Notes: generated by a model from the letters alone, not told the origin. Counted from the first letter of the whole stretch, positions 1 through 12,462 are shown. The stretch: DNA of 63,605 nt, filler included, from Hausera hauseri (GCA_046269625.1; 12 parts of 12 records of this genome joined end to end with filler, not necessarily neighbours in it); one strand, 5' to 3'. Numbers and translations: made by a program.

Positions 1-876
1 GTGCATTGTCCTACATACCCACACTATTGTAGTACTAAAGTATACAACGTTAGTGGTTGTCATAGTATAATGGAGCAGTACTATAGCACCACAACGCTGC
101 ACAAGAAACGGACCTACGTTTGTCCCGGTTGTTCAATAGTTGAAGCTCAAATCAACCATGAACAATTTTGCAATCTGCACAAGGACCACTTAAATCAGTT
201 TAAGCGGTCGAAGAAACAAATATTTATGGACAACAGCAGCAGCAACATCCTGTCAACAACAACAACCAGTAGGAAACGCGCTCATGTACGTAACCCGTTG
301 GAAACAGAGGTGGCCAAATTCCAACACCATCACTGCAAAGTGCAATATTATGCACTTGCAGAATTTGAAAATTTGAAAGGTGACAGGAAACAATGGTACC
401 TACCACATCGAGCCAAACCGTATTACAACGATTTTATTGCCGACGTAGGCGAAAAGCTCGAGGAGAAAATCGCCATCTATACCGAAAAGGGTAGTGGATG
501 GCGAATTATAAAAATTGTCACCTTTGGCTTTATCATAACAAAATCGAGTAACATAATATATTTTTCTGGACGATCATTATTCCGACACCAGCAGCTCTGG
601 TCGTAGTGAATGTAAAAAATACTAACCATGAATACTGTTTCCTTTACAGTATTCCGGCGGTATTAAAACATGACAACGTGGACAAAAAACATGCTAATCG
701 TCCAAATCAGTATCGGCAATATTTTTCTGAATTGGATTTCGGTGAAAGCTGGATGCCGATGAAACTAAAAACCATACCGGCCTTCGAACAGTGTAATCCG
801 ACTCAGTCAATCAACGTTTTCCGGTAAAACTCAATAGTCAAAAATACCGGTAGATGAAGAAATCTATAAGAATCCC
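1..876 (+). pseudogene. Polinton/adintovirus-type protein-primed PolB gene, N-terminal part (degraded)
   Basis: Zn-finger-like start, EKGSGWRI, VNVKNTNHEYCFLYSI and PMKLKTIPAFEQCNPTQSINVF, typical of the N-terminal region of animal Polinton-like pPolB. The reading continues at 2386 after an insertion. Confidence 0.75.
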
Positions 877-2385
877 TATTAATTCACGAAGTAGTTTTGA
901 GAAGCGAGATCCTGAAGTCTCTCGTTGGCTTCTTCAGTGCAGAAAGAAGATATTTAATGACGTATTCAGTTGCCGAATTTTTGCTTTCTTGAAATCGAAA
1001 AATGAGCTGAAACGTGAAACCCCCAACAATTGAACTTCAAATTGAAATTTTAAAAGTTGAAAAAGCAGGATTCAATTGTTTGAAAAATAGTTTTTAATAT
1101 TAAGAAAATCCGAAATAAGAATTGAAACTAGAAATTTCCAAGTTATGACTTACAACAAATTCTTTGATAATGTCCAGAATGAAGTAGAAACTGATATATT
1201 TAAAAAATGTATGAAGATTTACACAACTCAAATCATCAGTTGTATTTTTTTGTTTGCACATTTACAAAATTTAAACAAAAAAATTTTATAGTCAGCTGAA
1301 AACAGAGAAACAAAATTAGCCACAGTTGCTATATAAAATCAATGTCGCTTTTTGCTTTTCTTCGACGGTTTTTAAACAATACAATCCGACAACGAAAATC
1401 GCGGCATTTGACTTTCTAGAACATCAACATTACTTTCTTGAATTGTCTGCGTACAAGAACCAAGATCATCCGTGCTGAATTTGTTGTGGATTAACGAAAT
1501 ATGTTCATTCATAAACTGACGACAAGATGCTATTTTATGGCAAATTGCACATCTGTATATAATATAATCGATCATTTTGTCAGGATGAAATTCATCAAAA
1601 TGTTCTTCAATATTGTTCAAAAGGTGGCTGTGGTAAGTACAAAGAGGACAATGGAGAACGAGAACGTCACAAGTCATTAACTGTGGTAAAAGACCCATAG
1701 TAAGTGTTGTATTATAGTCTCATCGGTAGTCTGATCACCATTTGATTCTTTGATATTTGATTCGCCGAGATTTCGTATTCCATGTCGAATGTAATTCATT
1801 TGCAAATGATGAAATGACTGCTGAGTATTATTGCAAAAAATACATTTGAACTGTCTATCAGTTGATAATGTTTTTTCGAGAACGTCGGAATTTGTTCGAG
1901 AACATGGCCGGATCTCAGGTGAATGCTGAATTTGTGATAAATCTGAACTTCTAAAACTGTTTTTTGGCTTTTTGAATAAAGTTTTCCGGAAAAGTAAATA
2001 GTAACATACGCGGTATTACCGTAAATTTCTGTTGAGTCTGGCGATGTAGATTTGGCAATTGTTGAATTGGCACTTTCTTTAGCCGGTGCCGGTGCCGGTT
2101 TCGTTTGAGAGTTGCGTTTGGCCGATAGCATATCAGTAAAAGTTTTTGGTTTAGAATTGTATTTGACAGGGCTTACAGCAGCACCAGATACTACAACTGT
2201 TGGAACCACAAGGGGCAAAATCGTCGTCCAAACTATTATCTCTCTGTTGTTTAACGCCGCGATCATATTGTGCCGTTCCAAGGCGGAAGATCAGGACCCG
2301 TCTATGGGACCGACGCGGCGGCACCGGAGGCCCAGCTGTGCCCAACCAAATGGTTCAGAGGGCACCGGCCGCTTTGGGCACCACA
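877..2385 (-). mobile_element. Cargo-carrying insertion unit E1 (TGTGGTGCCC end; 5-bp TSD ATCCC)
   Basis: ATCCC at 872-876 and 2386-2390. Removing the unit restores pPolB EEIYKNPHVDIIYRS. The GC-rich end at 2276-2385 is homologous to 42711-42820 and 37850-37958. Confidence 0.8.
1372..2281 (-). pseudogene. Host C2H2 zinc-finger gene fragment (cargo of E1)
   Basis: ORF 1372-1698 has CPLCTY...HFDEFH and YRCAIC...HISLIH fingers. ORF 1796-2281 lies upstream on the same strand and is broken. Confidence 0.6.
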
Positions 2386-4770
2386 ATCCCCATGTGGATA
2401 TAATCTATCGTAGTCGGAACCCAAATGGCCGTCCAATAAATTTCTTGCTATTGGAGCAAAATGAAAAGTATCATTACGTTGCAATGAAAAATCTGGACAG
2501 ACTGCTGAACATGGAACATTACCACTTCTTCAAAAAACGGATACAGTGTAAATGGTGTCCTGTATGTCTGCATGGATTCAGAACAAAACAACATGGGAGA
2601 AACGTGTGACTCTATGCAGACAAAATTCGTCAGGAACCACAATATATGTCATGCACGTCAAAAAACAACTCAGATTCACTGATTGGTCAAAAACACAGTC
2701 CGACATATGTAGTATATGCCGATATCGAAGCTAACATACCACGTTACAACATTTATGACCAAAAATGTGTTCCAATCGCTGTCGGTATGTGGTTGCCCAA
2801 TGAAAGCCGCAAATCAACCACAATATTACGTTCTTCATGGCTGGAACTGCGTACGCGATTTCCCGCATCATAGTGGAAACGGAAATCGCACCCTGGTACA
2901 ATAGAAATAGCAATAAACCTTTGATGTGGACAGATGAAGATGAACGCCTGACATTTACAGTCACATATTAATGTTACTTGTGCCACAAAATATTGCCGTT
3001 AGATGCACAGGAACGTCTCGTACCGGATCACAATCATTTTACCGGTCGATATCTCGGAGTCGCATGTAATTCATGCAATTTGGCAAGGCGTGTGCGGCCA
3101 TTCCAACCGGTGGTATTTCATAACTTCAGGGGTTATGATTGTCACCATATTTTGAAATTGGCAATAAACGGATTTCCACACAGGGAACTATCCTTAATTC
3201 CGACTACGATGGAGAAATACCTGCCACTGCCTGCTCGTATAAACCAGTTTTAGATGCGATTCCTTGATTCATTGCAATTTCTCAATGAATTATTGGCAAA
3301 GCTGGTAAATGCCTTGCCAGATGTGCCGCTAACAATGACTCAGTTCCCTGTACATATTGCGTGCAGCAAAGGCAAATTCCCGTATGATTTTGCGATATCG
3401 TACGAGCGGCTGAAGACGACAGACGAATTACCACCACAATGTCCCGGTATCATAGAAGAAAAATATCACAAAGCACAGTCGTTTTTTTCAGAGCTCGGCT
3501 GCAGAAACCTGTTGCCGTACATGCTTCACTATCTGAAATTGGATGTATACCTGTTAGCCAATGTGTTTCAGATATTTCGAGCTAATGCGTTGGCAGAAGG
3601 TAGACTGGAGCTATTCAACTTTTACTCAATACCCGAAATGAGTTGTGCATCAGCTTTGTTGTCACTGGATACGGATATCGCGCTATTGCAAGACCCGGAA
3701 ATGTACCGAATCTTTTATGCTGGTATTCATGGCGGCATGATATTTGTCAACAAGCATCACATAACCAGTGATGATACCACATCACTGTTGTATATCGATA
3801 TTAATAACCTGTACGGCTGGGCGTTTTCACAACCTTTGCCGTGCGGTTCATCTGAATGGGTAGTCGACAAGCAGGATCTGGACGCAATAATAGAAAATCT
3901 GCGGACAGCAGATATAACAGAAAACAGCCCAATCGAATACCTGATGGAAGTCGATCTCGTGGTACCAGATGAGCTGCATGACTTCCTGGATGAACTGCCG
4001 GTCACATCAATCAGCCAATGTCCACCGAACTTGAAGGTGAAGAAACTGTTTATGATGCATGAACCTAAACAAAACTACATAGTTCAATGGCGTCTGTTGC
4101 AATTTTACATGCAGCTGAGTGTATGCATCACAGAGCTGCATTGCACAATCCGATTTGCACAGGCCCCGATATTCAAGCCGTATATCAGTCGGATTTCGGA
4201 AAAACGAGCTGCAGCTTGTACAAAGTTTGAAAAAGACTATTACAAACTGAAAACAATTCTCGCTATGGAAAAACAGTAGAGAATCTGAAAAAGCGGCTCA
4301 ATGTACGCCTATGCAATAAGCAGTAGTTCAGGCGATCAATGCACATTGCCGATGGATTAGTTGCCGTGCTTTTAAACAGGGAAGAAGTCGTACTGGACCG
4401 GCCAAGTTATATAGAACAAGTGGTATTGGATCTGAGCAAGTAGTGGATGTATGACCTGCAGTATCACGATTTGGCACGTTACAGGTAAATGTTCGGCGAA
4501 CAGTTTTTTCTTGGAACTGGAAAACCTCAATCGCGAACAACTGCTGCAGCAAATGATGACAGACGGATTACTGCATACGTCTAATTATCCACAAATTCAT
4601 CCATTGTACACAATGCAGTCACAAACAAAATCGGCTGCTTCAAGGATAAAAGTGAAGGTCGGGTTCAGATTCGGGAATGGGTTTTTCTACGGCTAAAATC
4701 TTATAGCCTTTTAACTGACGGAAATAAAACACGGTGATTACCGCCGTATCTACGAAGGAGGAGACGGAGA
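2386..4770 (+). pseudogene. Polinton/adintovirus-type pPolB, exonuclease/EndoVII/polymerase part (frameshifted)
   Basis: HYVAMKNLDRLL, VVYADIE, DHNHFTGRYLGVACNSCNL, VFHNFRGYDCH, FLDSLQFL, motif A LYIDINNLYGWA and KDYYKLK; many stops and frameshifts. Confidence 0.85.
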
Positions 4771-5049
4771 GTAGTGGAAAATGTGAGTTCTGGCACAAAA
4801 ATCTACCCCACTGAAGTTTCATTAATTTGTCTGGGTGATTCGCAAATAAATCCTTGCAGTTCCGCACCTGACCCAACTTGATCAAGTCACAATGCACCAC
4901 GTAACATGTGTCCAAAATGTAAAAGCGGCATTTCGCAATTCCTTGATTTCAACATAGGAAACATAGGATAATAATGTCCGTAGAAATAACGCTTAGACTT
5001 CAAAATTAGTTTTTTATTTAGAAAGTCAAATTGATTAGCAATGTAAAAG

Positions 5050-5391
5050 TCAACATGCTAATAAAACAGTTTTGTATTGTGTGTTGAAGTTTGTGATTTT
5101 ATAAGGGTTTGTTCTGAAGAAGGCTGTAAACTTTTTGAAAACTGGAAGGGGTTTGTCAGTCGGAACCATATGACCAGTTCCTCGAATAGTTAGTAACATA
5201 AATGTTGACCAAACTTTAACGAATCTTGCAACTTCTAACGAATTCTTTTCATTAGTGAAAAACCATGGTCTTCGAGGCTCTTTAACCTTTTCATTAAGTT
5301 GTTGGAAATACCGCTCATCAGATAAATAACTACACATCATATCAATACCACCATTATAAATCCAAATTCTTATACCTTCAGAAAAAAGTTT
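5050..5391 (-). pseudogene. Serine carboxypeptidase (S10) C-terminal fragment
   Basis: IRIWIYNGGIDMMC and LLTIRGTGHMVPTDKP (catalytic His motif); truncated by the contig end. Confidence 0.75.
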
Positions 5392-5491
5392 NNNNNNNNN
5401 NNNNNNNNNNNNNNNNNNNNNNNNNNNNNNNNNNNTTAATTAATTAANNNNNNNNNNNNNNNNNNNNNNNNNNNNNNNNNNNNNNNNNNNN
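5392..5491. other. Artificial contig spacer N44-TTAATTAATTAA-N44 (first of 11)
   Basis: Identical 100-nt spacers with all-frame stops also start at 12363, 17970, 23018, 27431, 32171, 36732, 42237, 48098, 54283 and 59367. 29352-29451 is a plain 100-N gap. Confidence 0.97.
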
Positions 5492-6565
5492 TCCCACTGC
5501 ATATTTCATCTGTCAATCGCTTAATTTCAGCTTCTAAATCTATTTTGTAATTCTAAGTATATAAATAAATTACGAGAACACATTTAAAAACCTTACCATT
5601 TGTCACACTATTTGTTGAAACAACACCATGGTATTTTCGCACATTTATACAAATCCACCAATATTAAAAACAAAATTTAAACAAAAAATTTTAGCGCCAA
5701 ATTCAAATTTTTAAATCCGACTTAAACCCATGCAGTTCACGTGCTTGTGTGTATCACTCTCATGATCGTGTGCTCCCATCTCCACCCTATTAACCGTTTA
5801 TGTGTGTATCATTTCTTCTACATCATGACTCATCCCAAACCACTTCCTTTCCTTCCTTCCCTGGGAGATTGGAGTAATGTGCTCACATCTATCTACTTGA
5901 AAAGGAATATTTTTCACCAATAGATTGCATTGTCAACGATTCAGGAGGTTGGTTGTTTGAATAATTAGAATTTTAGCTGGAATGCAGATCAGAATTTGGT
6001 TGTTTTAAGATAGACGTCAGAGCAGTCAATAACGACTGCTGTTCAACATTTCCGGTACTTTTAGTTTATGTAAAATTTCCGCTAATATTTTATAATAGTC
6101 AGGAGAATTATAATCCTTTTGTACAGGTAGCTCTTTCCTGATAAGGTCAATCATAATTCTGGAATAACATATAACAACGTTCCACATTTAGAATAGTGGA
6201 ATACGGCTATGTAAATCTCTATCATCATTACATTTTAATGATAACGACTCGGGCAATCGTTCTTGTGGTTTTTTGCGTCAATTGAACTAATCTCATTAAA
6301 TCCTGAACAACTTTGACCTTATGGTGAGCTAGCATCGGTAATTCTTTGACTTCTTTTCTGATTATCTGATAAATTGTGTCGGATGGCCGCAGCTTCTGCA
6401 CGTTGATTTCTTTTTATGATTATCTGTCCGATGGACACGACAACGGCAAAAATCCCCAAGAAAGGAAAAACTGGTCCGAAAACAGTGCAGTTGGTGCAAA
6501 GCTAATGCACCCGGCCGTGTCCGACCTAAATAGGCCAGGGGGCGCAACGCGCGGTGGGAACCACA
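5492..6565 (-). mobile_element. Cargo-carrying insertion unit E4 (partial; far end beyond contig start)
   Basis: The reverse complement of 6506-6565 is TGTGGTTCCCACCGCGCGTTGCGCCCCCTGGCCTATTTAGGTCGGACACGGCCGGG, which aligns with the E1-E3 ends. It abuts piggyBac coding sequence. The interior is decayed host-like coding DNA. Confidence 0.6.
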
Positions 6566-8348
6566 CACTTCGTCTGCACGTACAGCGCTGCACACAAGAA
6601 GAAGGTCGCCGACTGCTACAAGATGGATTATAGACTGGATCCTTCGAAGAACAGAAAGAATTCATATCCATTCTCTACGTACGTGGAGTTACTGGTTCTA
6701 AGGGTTTACCACTATAAAGCATGTGATATGTTGAGTGGGGATTGTCGTTTTGTAAGATTACAATGACTCGAAACAGGTTCAATGAGACAGTGAAGTTTTT
6801 GAGGTTCGATATGAGGTCAACAGGAGGTACACGGATAATGAACGACAAGTTAACTCTACTGTTAGAAATACGGAATGGATTTATAGTCAACACAAGATGT
6901 GCTACATACGTGGTGAGAACATAACAGTCGACAAACAGATATTCTCGACTAAAGCTCGCTGTTACTGGACTCAGTATATGGCTAATAAATATGACAAGTT
7001 GGTATCAAGTTCTGGCTTGCTGATGATGTTGATACAAAATACCTAGCCAACGGCTTTCCGTATCTAGGGCGAGACAAGCGACGTCCAACAGGGCAAAGGT
7101 CGTCTGCATGTGTGGTTCTCCATCTAATGGATCCGTACCTTGGAAAAGGTCACAACGTCACAATAGGAATTTTTTTCACGTCTCTGAACCTGCTGACGCA
7201 ACTACAACATAAACAAACGAGTTTGGTTGGCACAGTCAATTGCAGACACGTCTGCTCAGTTGTATTCAACACGTCTGCTGAAAATTGACAACTGTACGTT
7301 GACAATCTACAGGTGCAAGCCAAAAAAGAAGGTCATTATAGTTAACTGACTGACCATAAAAAGAAATCTGAGAGTCGTATTCTACAACGCCACAAAATTT
7401 GCAATTGATGTCCTGGAATAAATGGCTCGAAAACACAGTGTGAAAGCAAGTTCGCGTCGTTGGCCAGTGCAAGTTTGGTATAACGTTCTTGACCTGTCAA
7501 CCATCAATGCATCTTGTATAAGTTGGTAACTGATTTACGCATCTCAAGAAGACAGGTCATTCTTCAGTTCGCAAAACTACATTGGTACTCAACTAACCTC
7601 TGCCGCTGTTACCTCTACTGCCAGTTGCAGACGTCGCCACTGTCAAGGTGCACAGTGTAAAGAGAACAAGACCACTGACGTTTGTTCGCAGTGTTCCCGA
7701 GCTGTCTGTGACAAGTGTACCGCTAATATTTTAAAGCAACTGATGCGCGTGGACTCTTCAGTTGGTCAAAACAACAACTCAAACTAGAATTGACTAATAC
7801 TGATATATTGTTAGTAAGGACAAACAATTGTTTAATTAATATAATTTAATAACTTACTTTATTTCTTTTTCGTTTTCATTTATGTTACCTTTATTGTGAA
7901 CAATTTGTTCCATCTGGAGTTTGAGACAGGAACGGTACGGGGCATATGCAACAGTTTTGCACAGAACGACATAATTGTTTTGTTTTTAGAAGCATTATAG
8001 GAAATGTTCCTTGACGTTATAGTTTATTAGAAGTTAACATTGTTTTTACAGACTTATAGGTTACAGTAGAAAATTGTATGAAATCTAACGTAGATTTTTG
8101 TGACTTTTATAGGCTTACACATAAACATGACTATACAGGTTGACCAAAACGAGCACCATTTTAGATGCCAATTTAAATTTTTGTACATTAATTAATGCTA
8201 CTTCCGGTCACGTGCCATACTTTTTGAACAAAATGTAAAAATCTGTATACCAGCAAAACCGTTGTTGAAATTGTTAAAAGGACAGCTAGCGGTCAATTTG
8301 ACCGTTTCTGGTCCTTCTAGGTATAACAAAAACCCGGTTCTTCTAGTG
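6566..8348 (+). mobile_element. piggyBac (PGBD4-like) transposon, 5'-interrupted remnant
   Basis: MTRNRFNETVKFLRFD, NITVDKQIF, frameshifted DKFGIKFWLA..YLANGFPYLG, RRWP and a C-terminal Cys-rich tail. Ends ...CCGGTTCTTCTAGTG followed by TTAA (8349-8352). Confidence 0.85.
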
Positions 8349-9509
8349 TTAAACATTTATGACACCAAATTCTATATTTTTGTCTTTAATACTAATTATC
8401 TGCCTTTAATCAGAGCAATTTTGCAATTCATCAGTCATTGTAGAGTAAACGTTATTTTTATTCCGCGCAATTTTGGACACAACGAACTCGGCGAGTGAAC
8501 GAATGAAGTAAAAATGATGGGGAAAAAGCGATGAAAATTGACGGTTTTTTGCTCTGATAAGTGTGTTGAAGTGAGGCATTTTGTGTATCAACATAATGAG
8601 AGGTAAAAAACCACTTCTGGCCCTCTCCAGCTTATGAGGATCTTGAGCCATCTGCCCCCCTCACGACAGTTCTATGGATGCAAAATGGGTATTTTTTTAT
8701 AAAAGTGCAAAAAAACAAATTTCGCAGCTTTATTAAATGTACAACATCCACCTGTTGAAACAGTTCGGGTGTTTTGATGAACAAATACTTTCACATTTAT
8801 TGCATTGTCCTACAAAATAATCTCGCAATGAATATTCAGAATAGGAAGTGATGTGTTATGCGATAAACTTAACGTTAGAATAGAAATTTTAAAACGATTC
8901 TAACAATTGAATGTTAGAATCAAATTTGAGTAGAATTATCAATTTCACATTGTGCACGAACATTGTCAATTTGTTTTAACCACAATGCTGAAATAGTTGT
9001 GCCGTGAATTTTACTGATTCTTGTCATGAAACAAATTTATTTTGATGTCGATTTTGTAATTTGTATATAAGCAGACATGAGACTAGAAAATTCTTCATTT
9101 CATGAATAATAGTTCATCTCGACAAGTAAATTTTTCATGTCATTTCAATTTTCTTCACTTCACAACAGAAAAGAAGGAATTTGATTATTTCTGAGTATGA
9201 AACACCTAAGGAATTGTAAATTTTTTTGACATTTCAATTTTCTTTGTCTATCAATTTAGAATTAATGTCTTCGAGAATTCGCTTATAGCCATTTTAGTCT
9301 AAAAGAAAGTTTTATAAAACGTTTACCAAAAATATACTTTCACTTATAAAAAGTTTGGATAGAAAATATTTCAAATTCCAGAAAAGGTAAAAAACAGCAA
9401 ATAAAGACTTGATAAATATATTTGTGAAATACATTTCTATAGGTAGTTAAGGCATTAGAGAAATGAATCTACAATAGAATAATATAATAGACTAAGTTCA
9501 GTATCAATA

Positions 9510-11405
9510 TTAGAATGGAACGCGCCCACGAACTAATCTAGGGCGTAACGACCGTCCAATTGTGAATTTCTTACAAAAGTGGAAAATATTATCGAAGAAT
9601 ACAGCAAATATCAATATAAGAATAGCGAACAATAATACATAGACCCAGAGTTTTGACAACTTTTCCTCATAGTCTGTAAAACCATGTCGGCATTTTGCAT
9701 CTCGACTAACTTCAACTGGATCTAGAACAGTTACTGATACTCGTCGAGATATCTCTGTATTCCGATTGTTGACATTAACTGATTCGGATGCATTAATCTT
9801 TGGAATATTGGAATGGAAAATCGATGTGAACAATGGTAGATCGTGATTACAAATCACACCATTTGTGTCGTCATGGAAATTACCCTCACTGATTCCAATG
9901 TTTAGATCACCAAAATTGTTGCTGTTCAACTGACGGCCACTTTGACCACTGATGGAAAACATTGAATTGTGCGAAATGGTTTCTGGCAGTAAGAGGACAG
10001 TATTTCGTAAAACGTCTGATAATCCCGTTGAAAAATCGTCCGAATTATTGCTTTCTTGGTTATTATTGTTCAACGTAATAATCGATGAGACATCACTGAA
10101 TGAACTCTGGTCCATGAGTGAGTCATTGTATTCTAGGGATTTGTGCAAGTGAATCGGTGGCATTGTTCGAACGATTTCACTGATATTAATGTCGCATTTC
10201 GGTTGACAAGACTCAACCGACAGTTTGCATGGTTTATGAACGGACATGAATTGACCACTGTAAATTCGATCACGACCGGCCTTGTTTGTAAAATAGAGAA
10301 TTTGTGGATCGCAAATACTGGCACGCTGTTTCATATTTAAATCGGACAGATGAACGTAAGACACTATATTGTTTGATACATAAGCCCGAGAAGGTGTAAT
10401 AAATTCCAATGGAAAACGAGCAGTTTCGGAAGAACCGAAGTTAATCTTCAACTTCAAAACGGTATTGCAAACGATTTCTTCAATAACATCCATAAACTTC
10501 AGACGGAAGGCGCTCAGACAAAACTTTTCAATAAGCTGCTCCACGAATAATGCTCTATCGGGCGATTTCTGATGATCCGACGGGCCTTGATCAAATTTTG
10601 CAATTAATTTAGACATTTTGTCGCTATGAGAGCGGGAATTTGAATTTCGCGAGCAAATCTTTTGATTCCTAAAACACTGTGATTTGTAAACCGTTAGCAC
10701 ACTTTTCATAGGAACAAACGTCGTGTGGTTCATATCGGTAATGCTCGGGCTTAAAGATGCTTCTGATAAATCGGTCTCACACCATACTTCCAGAGTTGGT
10801 CGTTTGGACAGAGTTGACTTTGACAGATTCCCAGCAGCGTTTTCCAACAAAATTCGTGATAGTCTCTGTCGAATTTTTGAAAAGCACACTGAAATGCAAA
10901 TGTTCATTTTCATTTCTGTACTCTCCATCAACAAATGATTTATGCTCTTGTTGATTAACAAACTAGAGAGCTCTTTGGACAAATACTCTTTTATATCGTC
11001 ACTGGATTCCGCGATGAATTCTTCATCTAACTTCTCATAATCCATTAGGAATTGATCAATTAAAAATTGTAGAGCTCTGTTACTTAGCTGCTGACAAATT
11101 TCGTTCATGATTATTTCGGATATGATCAGTAAATATTCAGTCCGTTTAACGTCAAAAAAGAGTAATTTTATCAGGCCCATCACGACATCATCGACTACAT
11201 TTGAACAAATGACTGTCAACTTATCATACCGAATAAGGTTTAAACGATTGTCAGTCTGTTGCTCATTGGTATTGTTATCGTCATCAAATACATGTTTCTC
11301 AACAAAGGCTAACAGAGCATTTCGTGCGGCATGAGTGGCAATTGTTGATACGTTATCCAGTATTTCATAAACTATTAATGAAAGCATTTGTTCTTCGCTT
11401 GCATT
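9510..11405 (-). CDS. Large final exon of a tail-anchored protein with a KASH-like C-terminus
   Basis: 625-aa open frame preceded by a short GT-AG intron (~11406-11464). C-terminal hydrophobic helix followed by CKKFTIGRSLRPRLVRGRVPF-stop. Confidence 0.55.
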   Translation of the reverse strand, partial: NASEEQMLSLIVYEILDNVSTIATHAARNALLAFVEKHVFDDDNNTNEQQTDNRLNLIRYDKLTVICSNVVDDVVMGLIKLLFFDVKRTEYLLIISEIIMNEICQQLSNRALQFLIDQFLMDYEKLDEEFIAESSDDIKEYLSKELSSLLINKSINHLLMESTEMKMNICISVCFSKIRQRLSRILLENAAGNLSKSTLSKRPTLEVWCETDLSEASLSPSITDMNHTTFVPMKSVLTVYKSQCFRNQKICSRNSNSRSHSDKMSKLIAKFDQGPSDHQKSPDRALFVEQLIEKFCLSAFRLKFMDVIEEIVCNTVLKLKINFGSSETARFPLEFITPSRAYVSNNIVSYVHLSDLNMKQRASICDPQILYFTNKAGRDRIYSGQFMSVHKPCKLSVESCQPKCDINISEIVRTMPPIHLHKSLEYNDSLMDQSSFSDVSSIITLNNNNQESNNSDDFSTGLSDVLRNTVLLLPETISHNSMFSISGQSGRQLNSNNFGDLNIGISEGNFHDDTNGVICNHDLPLFTSIFHSNIPKINASESVNVNNRNTEISRRVSVTVLDPVEVSRDAKCRHGFTDYEEKLSKLWVYVLLFAILILIFAVFFDNIFHFCKKFTIGRSLRPRLVRGRVPF

Positions 11406-12462
11406 CTGAACATAACATCAAATTAATGAATTTAAATATTAACATAATTGAAAAAAATAAATACTGAGTAAAATTTGAAGTAGAAGCTTTCTTTAACATT
11501 AACAACAGTAGGCTTGAAATATACCAAATTTTGTTATGGAAAAAACATTGTTTTCAAAACTAATGTTTCGGAATCGCGCCTATAAATTTATAAACTCTCC
11601 ATTCAATTACATTTTTATATTCAACTAAAACAACTGTTTTTCAATAACTCTTAGTTCATCGACAATTTAAAATTCCAAATTGGTACTCGATTACCTATTG
11701 ATTTATGCCCATTTAAATTTTTTTTAGATTAACTAAGATCACTATTGGAATGTCCGACTGAGATTTCAATGAAATTTGTAATGTATGTAAATGTTGTAGA
11801 ATGGCCATGAACCGTGAATTTGTAAATATGCAAATCAAAACGAAACTGAAAAACGAAACCGAAACTAATGTTTAACGTTAGAAATTGAAAATTATTATTA
11901 ATCAGAGAAATTGTAGTGAAAATGTAAATATGAAAATATTCATTTGGAAAAGAAGAGTTGAATATTGTACGAAATTTTGAAAAATCAATTTGTAAATAAT
12001 AAATGTGAATTTATGCATGAAATTGTTTATGGCTGCCGACTATATAAGGCAATACCAAATCAGTTGATACAAACATTTGTGAAATTGAAGTTGAATTGTA
12101 TCGAGCTATTGGAAAGCTCTGAAGATTGCAAATTGAAATCGTTCAAGCTATTGAAGTATTCTACGATATTCGAATCGTCCTCGAAGGATTCTCAGTTGAT
12201 TGGTAAAGACTTGAAATTGTTACTAATTGCTAATCCGACGACTGTATCGTCCGGTATATTGTTTTATTTGTTAATAAAATTGTACTGTAAAATTCTCTTA
12301 TAGTTTTCCGTCGCTCCTTACGAGGGACTAGTACCACATTAAGGATTAAAATCATATTAAACNNNNNNNNNNNNNNNNNNNNNNNNNNNNNNNNNNNNNN
12401 NNNNNNTTAATTAATTAANNNNNNNNNNNNNNNNNNNNNNNNNNNNNNNNNNNNNNNNNNNN

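Noticed and set aside
5436-5447. Recurrent TTAATTAATTAA palindrome as a biological repeat
   Set aside because: Always centred in an identical N spacer; it is an assembly linker. ORFs containing X runs are artefacts.
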